A stretch of 64,000 nt of DNA from Schizochytrium sp. TIO01 (taxonomy: Eukaryota > Protista > Bigyra: Labyrinthulomycetes): positions 1,240,001 through 1,304,000 of the forward strand of contig SMSO01000005.1 of assembly GCA_004764695.1 (NCBI GenBank). The letters are read 5' to 3'. Positions 1-10,087 of this stretch are shown piece by piece. Made by a program: the position numbers and the translations under genes. The notes beneath the pieces were generated by a model that worked only from the letters and a program-made list of their open reading frames with translations, ran no database searches and had not been told where the DNA came from. Every line of letters begins with the position of its first letter. The stretch's first letter is position 1.

Positions 1-456
1 GATGGGATGGACACCCATTCCGTCTGCGCAAAGTTAGATGACGCATTTCTCAATGTTATCTCATTCTAATTACAACTTGCCTTCGATGCGGGTTTCTCCA
101 ACAGCACACGGGACTAATCTGACATGATCAACATCGTGATGTTCAGATGCAAGGATATTCTTCGCCAGAAGTAGGCCCGGGCCAACACCGCAAGTTTTCT
201 TAGTATCTACTGTTGCATGCATAGGCTCTACAGCAGGAACCCATTTAAAGGTAGGGCTATCCTTGTCTGTTTCACTCGGATTTTCTACCTCAAGCATTTG
301 GATTCCATGAGTAGGACTTAATAGGCCGAGTGATGCAGCGTCCCGTGTAGTGTTTGCTGTCCAAGTCCAGCGACCTCCAACACGCTCAAGCCCTGCCCTC
401 CCTGACATATTGCTCTGGCCAGCCAATATGATAGTTATCAAAGATGCTTCCGCCAT
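1..456 (-). CDS. SASA-domain (sialate O-acetylesterase-like / CE6-type SGNH) carbohydrate esterase, 5' part; continues through a short intron and off the window edge
   Basis: Translation shows ILAGQSNMSGR (catalytic GQSN motif), AVEPMH, GVGPGL and LVPCAVG.T.I, the block order typical of SASA/CE6 esterases. First ATG is at 456. The ORF stop at 70 lies in an intron-like stretch ending CTAAC-TTTGCGCAG, with the acceptor AG at 25-24. Confidence 0.85.
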
Positions 457-1328
457 GGCTTTCGTCAATGCAAAAGCCTCAATAAGTCTTGTCGACGCTA
501 TCTGTACCTAGTTCGTGACCAGGTGTTTACACCATGCAGTCCAAGTGCAAGCGGCTCTCTCTTACCTAAAGCAGAAGAAGCTTGTTTTTTAAAGGTTTAC
601 CGTCTACAACCTTTAACAAGGCGATCTACCTATCGCTAGTCTCAGTTAGAGATCCCAAGGCGCACGAGTTGACCTCTACAGGGCGCCTAGTTTGCGTGTT
701 CCATCACTATCTCACCTTCTGAGAGACTAAACTTGATAAATACAACGCGACGCCCATCATGATCATACAATACAATTTAGGTAAGTACTACTGGCAATAT
801 GTATGGCACCTTATTAACGAAGGAAAGTAATAGGCAAACACGAAGAACTTATCTTGATAACATAGCACATGGGACTGGGTGCAATCAAACGAAGTAATGA
901 CAAGCTCACGAAACAGAGACAGTCTTTCCATCGCACAAAGAACTTTTCTGGCCCTTCTTCATCGTGGGAGAGGTACATTGCACTCCCAGTTCCGCCCACC
1001 GTAATCTCGATGATTCTATCAACTCCAAATCTGGTGGGGCGGGTGTAACGACTCTTGGGCTTGTTTTGAAAATTTAAAAGAAAAGAGTAGCACCAGAGGC
1101 TGAGGCTTCATGCCGACAGAAATCATGGACAAATCATGGACTGTTCTACGAGTCAGCCGGCGCGACGGCCGCAGCCTTGCACATACATCCATCTGCCTGG
1201 GCAGCCACCTGCCTGGCTGGCTTTGTGTCAGCACTGTCTGGACGGAGTAGACCCGAAAGGCTGGGATTTGTGTTTTGGCTTTGCTATCCCATTTTACTCG
1301 TTCTATTTTATGAACACGGCGGCGATAA

Positions 1329-1352
1329 TATATATATATATATATATATATA
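1329..1352. repeat. (TA)n microsatellite
   Basis: Run of TA dinucleotides seen directly. Confidence 0.95.
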
Positions 1353-1614
1353 TGTGTCATGACATCCTTCGCTGGGATCTTTTATGTTTTTGAAAGAATA
1401 TTCGAAGCTTGCCTGTATTTTGAACCGAGACGAGTTCAAAGCTCCGGCGGGACTCGGGGGCCTTCGCAATCTCCTCATTGGCTGGGCCGCTGGAGAAGAA
1501 GCCCCGGTCCGAACAACTTTACACCGTTTCAACGAGGAGGCGGAGGCAGTTTGGCGGGCGAGAGCGCGAACGAAGGCACTTCTGCAAACCCCAGCCAGCT
1601 CGAGGGCTCGATGT

Positions 1615-1634
1615 AATTAATTAATTAATTAATT
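1615..1634. repeat. (TAAT)n microsatellite
   Basis: taattaattaattaattaat seen directly. Confidence 0.9.
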
Positions 1635-1752
1635 CACGGCGCGTGCTAGCGACCTCCTATCCTAAACAGTAGCCTCAGCGCCCCTGGATGCAGGCAGTAA
1701 AAGCGGCTGGCTACCTAGAGGCAGTAGGTGTCAACTAAAAGGTTTGACTTGC

Positions 1753-1863
1753 TTTTTGAATTTGAAAAAGATTTTTGAATTTGATAAAGGTTTTTGAATT
1801 TGAAAAAGGTTTTTGAATTTCGATTCTTTTTTGAAAGTTGAAGTTTGAAGTTTGAATTTTGAA
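1753..1863. repeat. 19-bp tandem repeat (TTTTTGAATTTGAAAAAGG, about 3.5 copies) followed by further TTTGAA units; ten TTTGAA hexamers in total
   Basis: Counted directly between 1755 and 1863. Lies between two divergently transcribed genes. Confidence 0.9.
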
Positions 1864-2170
1864 TTGAGAGGCGACTGATCCGTAGTTGGCGCGGCAGAGC
1901 AGCATCGCAGCAAAGCCTAATCGCGGAGACCTCGGGCGGCGGGGCCGCGGAGCACAGGGGGCCAAGGTCACTCACTCACTCGGTCGGGCTCGGGCTCGGG
2001 CTCGGGTGGAGAGGAAGCCGTAGCTACCGCTAGCTTGCTGAGCTGCTGTTGTGCGCGACGGCCGTTTCTTCGAACCTCGTGGTTACTTGAGGTGCCCAGG
2101 TTGGAATTCAAGTTCAACGTGAAAGTTAAACTCGAAACGTGGAGGAGTTTGACGCGGAGTGGAGAGCAGG

Positions 2171-2887
2171 ATGGAAATCTATCAGGAACCCTCGACGGCA
2201 AGCCGTGCGGGGTTCCGCGCGCTGCAGGAAAACTTTGGCAGGCGAACAACGAGCAAGAAGGAGCTCAGGGAGGTCGGCGACGGCGCCGCGTCTGCGGCAA
2301 AGAGCACCAAGAAGGGGCTGGGAGGCCCCAACACAGTACGAAGGGCGCTCGGTGATATTTCAAACAACAACAATCAGTCTACAGGGCGTGCCGGCAAGGG
2401 CTCTGGAGCTGGATTTGGAGGCAGCAACGCATTGAAACAGAAACCACCGCGGTTCAACTTGAATTTAAAGAAGGGGGGTTTGGTTGTTCATGAAGAAGCA
2501 CCGGTGGAGACAAAAAAGCCTACACTGGCACCACAGCAAAGCAAGGCCCGCGTGAAAACTGCGCTTAAACCGAGAGTGAAGCAGACTCTAGAGGATGATT
2601 TTGAGTTTGACACATGCAACCGACGAATGCTAAGCCCCAGCCCAGAGTATGATGGAGGTTTTGATGTTGATGCCGCCCTTGCAGCCGGTCGCGCTTCTAG
2701 TCGCCGTAAGGTTCTAGCTGCAAACGCAAATCTAAAGGCTAGAACTTTGGGAAGCACCAACAGTGTTGACGACCTTTTGGCTGGCATCGAACTAAGTAGC
2801 CACAATGGTCATGAAGGGTCAATTGGCGAACCAGATACCTCTACTTCTCTTGATCTTAGTGACCTTTGTGAAGATCTTGAATTCTGA
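2171..2887 (+). CDS. Small disordered protein with an APC/C destruction box; candidate securin (Patronus/PTTG-like)
   Basis: 238 aa from ATG 2171. Canonical D-box RRALGDISN at 2339-2365, basic N-terminal half, acidic C-terminal half, no cyclin box or other folded domain evident. The CDS is well supported; the securin identity is inference. Confidence 0.7.
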   Translation: MEIYQEPSTASRAGFRALQENFGRRTTSKKELREVGDGAASAAKSTKKGLGGPNTVRRALGDISNNNNQSTGRAGKGSGAGFGGSNALKQKPPRFNLNLKKGGLVVHEEAPVETKKPTLAPQQSKARVKTALKPRVKQTLEDDFEFDTCNRRMLSPSPEYDGGFDVDAALAAGRASSRRKVLAANANLKARTLGSTNSVDDLLAGIELSSHNGHEGSIGEPDTSTSLDLSDLCEDLEF

Positions 2888-3702
2888 TTTCTTTGGCTAA
2901 AGTGATTCCTTTAGTCCCCTACAATCGCACACTCATTCTTTTCTTTTTCCCTTTGCGAACGGCGCTTTGAATATATGAAGCATGCGCAACTCAGTGGGTC
3001 CTCAATTATTCTCTATTACCTCCCATCCCCCTTCTTCGTTCCAACATTAGAAAGAATGAGGCTCTGTTTTCACCTTGTACTACATACATACACACATACA
3101 TAACCCGCCCCCTTCAAGCTATATTAGTGCAGCGAAGTGGCTCACGATCAGATCTTGAGCTATTGCTACATGTTTAATGCTACACTAGTATCCACTCAGG
3201 GAGTATCAATATTCTTAAGCAAGCCATCACAAGTACCATGCGTAGTTCCATAATCTTTTTCGGGACACAATCGATGTCTCCTTGTTTCAATTATCTGATC
3301 TTTCTCATTCATCCTCTCTGTCTCATTATATATACTCATTTCTCGCAACTGCCAGTGCAAGGAATTGTTGATGCACCTCTTGTAAAACCTAATTAAAATC
3401 TTCGTTTTAGAATTAATCAATCATCATTCGCATCTCATGCGATACTGAGGCCTCCAAGTGTTATGATCAGTGACATTACTTGCATTACTTGAAGTTTAGA
3501 AAGAGTCGAGTTTGTTCATTTGTCTACTACCTGCAACTTGAGATGTGAGCTCCTCAAAGAAAATTGAAAACTAAAGCATGAACCTAGAAAATTATGAATT
3601 ACGCTGTAACCCTCTAAAGCCCCAATGGGACGTCAAGAGACCAGGGAGGAATGGAAACGTGACACCTTTATTACAGACAAATCAGTAAGAAAAGAAAAGA
3701 AA

Positions 3703-5541
3703 TTATTTTCGGTCGGGGTTGTGAAATCCACGAGAACCCGGGAGCTTGCCTTCGAGCAAAGACAAGACTACCTCCGCATATGGGTGCTTAATATGTGATA
3801 GCACAATACGCATGACTGCAGTGATGGGCACGGATAGAATCGCTCCAGCTACACCCCACACTGTGTACCAAAATGACAAACTCACAAGAATGACAATCGC
3901 GTGCAATTCCAAAGTACGACCAAAGATCATTGGCTCGATAACGTTACCAAGCAATAAGTGCACCAGAGACGGCAGAGCAATAGCGAGAATCATGCTAATT
4001 GTATTTTGGTTCGGGTCAAGTAGTACGATGGGGATGGGTAAAAGAGTCGCGAGCATTGCACCCACTGTGGGCACCATATTGCACAGAAATGTCGCGAGAC
4101 CAAAGATGTGAGCCATTTTAACATTCAAAACTGGACCGAGTACAACATAAACACTCACACCAACTGCCAAAGAAATGAGCACCTTGATCACAATATAGCG
4201 CTGAATTTGCATATCAATTTGTCGTCGTAAGTCACGCGCCCTCGATTGGGCTGTGCTAATACGCATAGTTTCGGAGCCATATGCTGGTTCAGAGTCTTCG
4301 AATAGCATATACAACACAAACAGAAAAATGATGAAGACGTACTCGAGAGCATTCACAACGCTAAACACAAGCGTCTGGGTTAAAGAGACCCAGTGAAAGC
4401 CCTTGCGAAATTCTTGCAGGAGAGCAGCAATATCAATACCAAACATGCGCTGCACCCAATCCTTCAGCGATGAGGCAAGTAACACTGTACGCTCTTCAAA
4501 TTGCTCAATGTCTTCAGCCTCAAAAGTCTGAATTGCATCAGCTATAATCACAATGATGCCTGCGAAGAAACCAATGACAATGAGCATACAAATAAGAATA
4601 GCAAGCCACCGAGGGCAGCGAAAATGTCTACACCGCCAGCACATGGCTTTGGCTTCAATAGCCTGTGGTGCTGGTCCAGCAGAGGACATACCAGAACTTG
4701 AGGAGTGTGCGTGAGCGCCGCTCAAGGATGATACATTCATTCGCGAGGCGGACCTAGAGCGCAAGTCGCTTTCAGTACCTTTTGAAGTTGACGTCGATGC
4801 GCCACTATCCATGAGGGATGAAAGCTCAACCTGTACGCCGCTCGCTGAACCTAGAGATGAGTCTGTAACTTTCCCGGTATCCTCGATTGTGCCTTCACGA
4901 CCATCTGCTTGGTCTGTGTCGGGAAAGGGTACCTGGATATGGTCAAACGAGGCACGGAGCTCACCTGAGTGATTTTTGCGTATGGGTAGCGCACTTGAGT
5001 AGGCATTTGCGCTGGCTGCTCCACGAAAGCAGGATTGCGGCCTGAAAAAGTTAAAACAGGATGCATTGGTGCACGAGTATAAGGGTGTGGTGAGCAAGTT
5101 CACGAGAGGTTTTAGCAAGTAAGTGAAAAAGAGGGCAATCACAAATGGCACAAGAATTTCCTCAGCCCACACAAGGATAAAACCCACGCCAATTACAGCC
5201 ATGATGAGTAGTGGGATAGCAATAAGATTGAAGGTTGCCTGTATCTGGCGCAATATGCCCCTCTGGCGCAGCACAGACTCAAACGCGTCGAGGTCCCACT
5301 CGTACGCATGAGTTGGGCTAAAAGAATTATTGCCAGCCCCATAGGCCTTGCTGGAACTACTGTGCCTTCTCATTTCTGGCCTCTCCGGTGCAAAGCTATC
5401 GGTATCCACATACCGAGATCCAGCCGACCCGGCAGCGCCAGGATCTGCTGCAGAGGAGGGCTGAAATTGCGACGATGTTGAGGAGTTCGTCGTGGTTGCA
5501 GCAGCAGCTGCTCTGGCCTTGATGCCTTTGTAGTCTTCCAT
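3703..5541 (-). CDS. AI-2E family (TqsA/PerM-like) membrane transporter with a large low-complexity insertion
   Basis: ILVPFVIALFFTYLLKPLV, then after the insert RWLAILI, YIVIKVLIS, FLCNMVPTVGA, GNVIEPMIFGRTLELH and WGVAGAILSVPIT, which are the AI-2E signature blocks. First in-frame ATG is at 5541; the frame is open upstream to 6165. Confidence 0.9.
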   Translation of the reverse strand: MEDYKGIKARAAAAATTTNSSTSSQFQPSSAADPGAAGSAGSRYVDTDSFAPERPEMRRHSSSSKAYGAGNNSFSPTHAYEWDLDAFESVLRQRGILRQIQATFNLIAIPLLIMAVIGVGFILVWAEEILVPFVIALFFTYLLKPLVNLLTTPLYSCTNASCFNFFRPQSCFRGAASANAYSSALPIRKNHSGELRASFDHIQVPFPDTDQADGREGTIEDTGKVTDSSLGSASGVQVELSSLMDSGASTSTSKGTESDLRSRSASRMNVSSLSGAHAHSSSSGMSSAGPAPQAIEAKAMCWRCRHFRCPRWLAILICMLIVIGFFAGIIVIIADAIQTFEAEDIEQFEERTVLLASSLKDWVQRMFGIDIAALLQEFRKGFHWVSLTQTLVFSVVNALEYVFIIFLFVLYMLFEDSEPAYGSETMRISTAQSRARDLRRQIDMQIQRYIVIKVLISLAVGVSVYVVLGPVLNVKMAHIFGLATFLCNMVPTVGAMLATLLPIPIVLLDPNQNTISMILAIALPSLVHLLLGNVIEPMIFGRTLELHAIVILVSLSFWYTVWGVAGAILSVPITAVMRIVLSHIKHPYAEVVLSLLEGKLPGSRGFHNPDRK

Positions 5542-7395
5542 TGTCACAGACTCCTGGTGAAGTGCTTTAGCCCCAAGCGATTGAGCTCTCTTTCGTTGCT
5601 GTGCAGCTCCGAGAGGCGACAATCTCCAACCTAAGAGCGAAGCGCTCGAGGTGGTTGGGTTCAAAGTTAAATTTGATGCTATGGCACCCTCCAGGTGCGG
5701 CTGAATTCCCGAAATGCCAACCTGCGAAAGTGCTGAGGATGCCCTTGGTGAAGACGCTTTTCTGCGCACTGCAGGAGCCGTCGCAATAACAGGTTTCGCG
5801 GCAGGCTTCGGGGCAGATTTCGAAGCGTCTGCTGCCAAATTTGACGCAAAATTCGCAGCTGTCGAGGGTCTTTGTGAAGAGCTCGAGGAGTTCAAGGAAT
5901 CCAGGGATCTTGAATTCAATGGGCTTGAATTTGAAGCTGAGTTAGAGCTGGATGAGGCAGCTGCAGCAGCGGCGCGGGCGCCGGCGCTCGTGCGGTGGAG
6001 CTCGCTCAGCGTTCCTAGCGCGAGGCGAGAGCCCGCAGGCACCGCCTGGCGCACGGTCCTAGGAACGGGCCGGTACGCAGCTACGCGCAAAGGGTCTCGG
6101 CCGCCGCGAAAGCGAGGAAGGCCGCGACGAAGGGCTTTGCCGCACCGACAACAACGATCGATCACCTATTTCTGTACGATGGTGTTTGTTTCGTCAAATA
6201 ACCTGCTGTGTAGATGTACACATACTCTATAGTATAGGCTGCCTTAAAGTGGGCTATAGAGATGAAGTTACAGTAGAGTATTCTCTTATTCCGCTTTTGT
6301 AAAAAGATAAAGAACTAAAGAACCTTGGACAAAAGGTACAGAGAATACCCTTACAAATCGTCTTATTAGGTCTAACGAAAGTCAAAGGGGGATATGGTAG
6401 GAGTATGTCCCATGGAAAGATCTGGGCTGGGAAAGGGTGTGTTTTTTAGATGGAGATCACTGATTTGACTGATTTGACGGTAATGCTTCTGTCTACAAGG
6501 TCCAACGGAGGTTCGCTGAAAGAGAGGAGCTAGATTGGATGTGAAAACGCTAAAATGGTGATGATTCCTAAGACTGAGCTCGGTGCGTGCGTGAGAAGAA
6601 ATTAAAAAAGGGAGCCTGAATGATGGGTGATGAGAAATCCTCAACATTTGTCGTTTTTGCATGGGTATCATACCTTTTTTTCAAGTTAAGTTCAAGTTAA
6701 GATAAGCTTTCGATACATTTTATACTTTAATGATGGTGCATTCAATGTAACCAAGCGCCACATCGTAAGACATTATAATTAGCTGCGGTTCCCTTGATTA
6801 ATATAGTTTTGAGAAACCAATATTGATCCTTTGTTACACGATCTTACAGTTCTTCATTTGTTGGTTTGTATAATTGCAAATCCAATGAATAAAGCCCAAT
6901 TTTATATAGAATGATTGTTTTTAATATGTCTAGACCTCTCAAGAGGGGAACTGTATCCACACGTTGCTTAGCTTTAGAAAACTATATGGTACAAAGGTAG
7001 TTATGCGTACCTACGTAGTAGTTTTCCTGAGAACTAAAACATTGGCACCACCCTATAATAAAACTAGTTTCTTCAAAAGCTAAAGTTAGAGACCCACTTT
7101 TAATTGGGTCACATGGATATCGATTTCTTGCTCGAGAATTCTTAACGTCGCCCCAAAGGCAACTTGGCCATGCAGCCGGCTGTTATTGACAAGAACAAGT
7201 CTACAGATTGAATGATAAAAGTTCAGAAAAGATAAAAGATAAAAAGAACAGAATAGAATAAAATAGACCTAAGAAAGAATTGAATAATGGAAAGAAGAAA
7301 AGAAATCTCAAGTTGATCAAACGCAACCAAACCGGAAATCCGCAAGAGCTCGTTTCGGGTGTCGTGGCGCGGTGATCGCGTTTTCCCCGGCGACA

Positions 7396-10087
7396 ATGCC
7401 TGTCGTGGATGGCCTCCCATGCCTCGAGTATGCGTACCAGCTGAGCTGCAACCAGGTCCTTGACGTGACTGTGCAGGCCCGAAGCCTCGACGCGCGACAG
7501 TGGATCTCGCCTGACGGCCATGACGACGGCGACGAATACTTCGCCACCGCACAGGTCTTTTGCGGTGGGTTCCCTATGCACGCACTGCAGCAATGCACAC
7601 GCCTTTCCACTGCCAAACGAGGTCGTGTGCATTGGCTGCAGTGGCTAACGCCGCCAGTGCGCTACTGTGACCTTCAGCTGGACGCCTGCGTGGTGGTCTC
7701 AGTAGTGAGCGCTCGGCACGGCGAGCTTGGCGTGGGCGTAGTGTCACTTTTCGATGAGCACGGGAGACTTCGAAGAGGTAGGATGCAAGTGAGGTTGAAC
7801 GGCGAACAGACAGAGACCTCGAGGCTATGGCAGATTGGAGAAAAGTACAATAACGGCAAAGTAGTCCGCGTTTCATGGCTAGATGCATTGGCAAGAGCTC
7901 GCACGAGAGCTTTGACTCATAATGAAGCAGGCAGAACATCACTGCTTACGCTGACGTTTCCCATACTTTGAGCAACCGGTGCTTTTTGAAGAAAAAACCT
8001 ACTTTCCGGAGAGGATTATCCTTCGACAGGAGGCAGGCTTCATTCAAGACCCAGAGGTCCTTTACGGAGCGAGGTCGGTAATACGTGATGGCAAAGAGCT
8101 AGCGAACCCTGTTGAGGAAAAGTACCGCAAGTTAAATCCGAACCCTGTCAGAGGTGTCGTGGATAAGGAACTCAAACCTAATAAACATGAAAAGGAACAA
8201 ATCAAGCGAATCCTGGCATCCTCGAAGCAGTTCACTCGAGACAACCAAGATATTATCTGGAAATTCTGCTACTCGCTTACCTCTGATCGTAAGGCACTGA
8301 TTAAATTTGTTATGAGCGTTGACTGGAAAAGCCCGCGTGAGACAAGCCTAGCAGCCGAGCTTCTTGAGTCATGGGCACAAATTGATATCGCGGATGCTCT
8401 GCGTTTGCTCGGTGACGAGGACACCTTTCGCAACCCTGTTGTTCGTGGTCACGCCATCCGGATTCTCGACCAAGCCAGCGACGCCGAGCTTCAGCTCTAT
8501 CTGTTGCAGCTTGTGCAAGCACTGCGCTACGACAGAGATATTGAGGAACAAGATGGCGCCGCTGCAGAACATGAAGCAGCCGCATCCCCTACGGGGGGGC
8601 GCTCCTTTGAGTTTCATTCTGGAGGCACAGCCGTAGCAAGCCCTGCACCTCTCGGACTCTTGGCGCGCTTCCTTATCCGTCGCACCATGCAAAGTGAAAC
8701 ACTTGTATCATTTTTCATGTGGTATTTAAACACTGAACAACAAAGTATGGAGTTGTTTTCGATTGTGCGACAAGAACTTGTACGACAGTTGCAACAAACA
8801 AGCAAAGGGGCCCAGCTAGCTGAGAAGCTCAAGGCTCAAGAACACTTTGTACAAGAGCTCATTGAAATGGGCAAGGAGGGTCGAGGCCGCGCAGCAACAC
8901 GGCAAAACTACTTACAACGCATGCTGCAGCAGCGGGACCACCGCTTCCATAAACTTTGTACTTTAGATGAGCCAGTTATTCACCCGTTATGGCCAGAACA
9001 GTCTATCGTTGGTGTGGACCCAGAGTCTGTTAAGGTCTTCAGCAGCAAGACTATGCCCATCAAGGTTGACCTTCTTTTAAGTGATCGATCGGAAACAGGA
9101 AGCCCGCTTACTTCTCCAGCCATGTTTAAGATTGGCGATGATTTGCGGCAGGATCAACTAGTTCTTCAATTGATGGGTGTGATGGACAAAATGTTTAAGG
9201 ATGTGAATCTGGACTTGCACCTTACCCTATATCGAGTTCTGCCATTCTCTAAAGACGAAGGCATGATGGAGTTTGTTCCAGGATCGGTTTCTCTTACCCA
9301 AATTCAACGTGTAGATAGCACAATTAGTAATTTCTTTCATAAGCGTGCAAAGGAAGTCGCAGCTTTAGAACGGAAGGCTGCGGCAGCTGCAGCTGCTGCC
9401 ATTAACCAAGATGACTCTCAAGCTAGTGGGCAGAGTGGCGGTCGTACAGGGGACAGCAGAACTGATGGTGCTACACGTCGTGGATCAGGTAATGCTACTC
9501 CTGGATTAAATCCAACCTCGTCCAATACTACACCTGCGTCGAGCCGTAGAGAGAGATCTGAACAAGGTATTTATGAGGATATGGTTTCAAACTTTATCAA
9601 GTCTTGTGCAGGATATTGCATGTGTACGTATGTACTTGGTGTTGGAGATCGCCACCTGGACAACATTCTTGTGCGACGGGACACTGGTGCCTTATTTCAC
9701 ATTGATTTTGGCTTCATCATGGGACACGATCCCCGAAGCTGGGCAGTTGGACCCATTCGCATTACTAAAGATATGATTGAGACCATGGGAGGCCGTGGCA
9801 GCCCTGGTTTTGAAAAGTTCGTCTCACATTGTTGTGAAGCTTATCGCATTTTACGAAACAATGCTAATCTGATTCTGAACTTGTTGCATCTCATGAAGCA
9901 TTCAAAGGTAAACCCTGTCTTTGAAGATGACAATGCAGTCTTTGACCTTGTGCATGGACGTTTAGAGCTTGATTGGTCTGACGAGAAGGCTGAAGTATGG
10001 CTTCGTGAGAAAATCAACAAGTCTGAAGACACGCTCATTACTGCGATTTCTGATGTCATGCATAACGCAAACGTATTCCTCAACTAG
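7396..10087 (+). CDS. VPS34: Class III phosphatidylinositol 3-kinase (Vps34), split by a +1 frame break at 7955-7971
   Basis: ORF 1 (7396-7971) encodes the C2 domain (WLQWLTPPVRYCDL, VSLFDEHGRLRRG, VSWLD). ORF 2 (+1 frame, to 10087) encodes NPVEEKYRKL, the PIK helical domain (LYLLQLVQALRYD) and the kinase domain (FKIGDDLRQDQL, SCAGYC, GDRHLDN, HIDFG). Confidence 0.93.

Larger units (their letters stand above)
1470..2170 (+). promoter_or_regulatory. Putative cell-cycle-type promoter (CHR-like TTTGAA array, E2F-like sites, CCAAT box)
   Basis: ATTGG at 1477-1481, TTTGGCGGG at 1550-1558, TTTGAA x10 at 1755-1863, TTGGCGCG at 1886-1893, then a GC-rich block and a (CGGGCT)n run upstream of the D-box gene. 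Function is inferred from animal and plant motifs. Confidence 0.35.

Noticed and set aside
814-1975. Many 60-113 aa ORFs between the SASA and D-box genes
   Set aside because: They run through microsatellites and promoter-like DNA, overlap in several frames and show no recognisable motifs.
7870-7991. Intron as the explanation for the Vps34 frame break
   Set aside because: Frame-restoring GT/GC-AG options would delete the conserved VSWLD or FP..E.PV.FE residues, and the 17-nt option gives the wrong frame.
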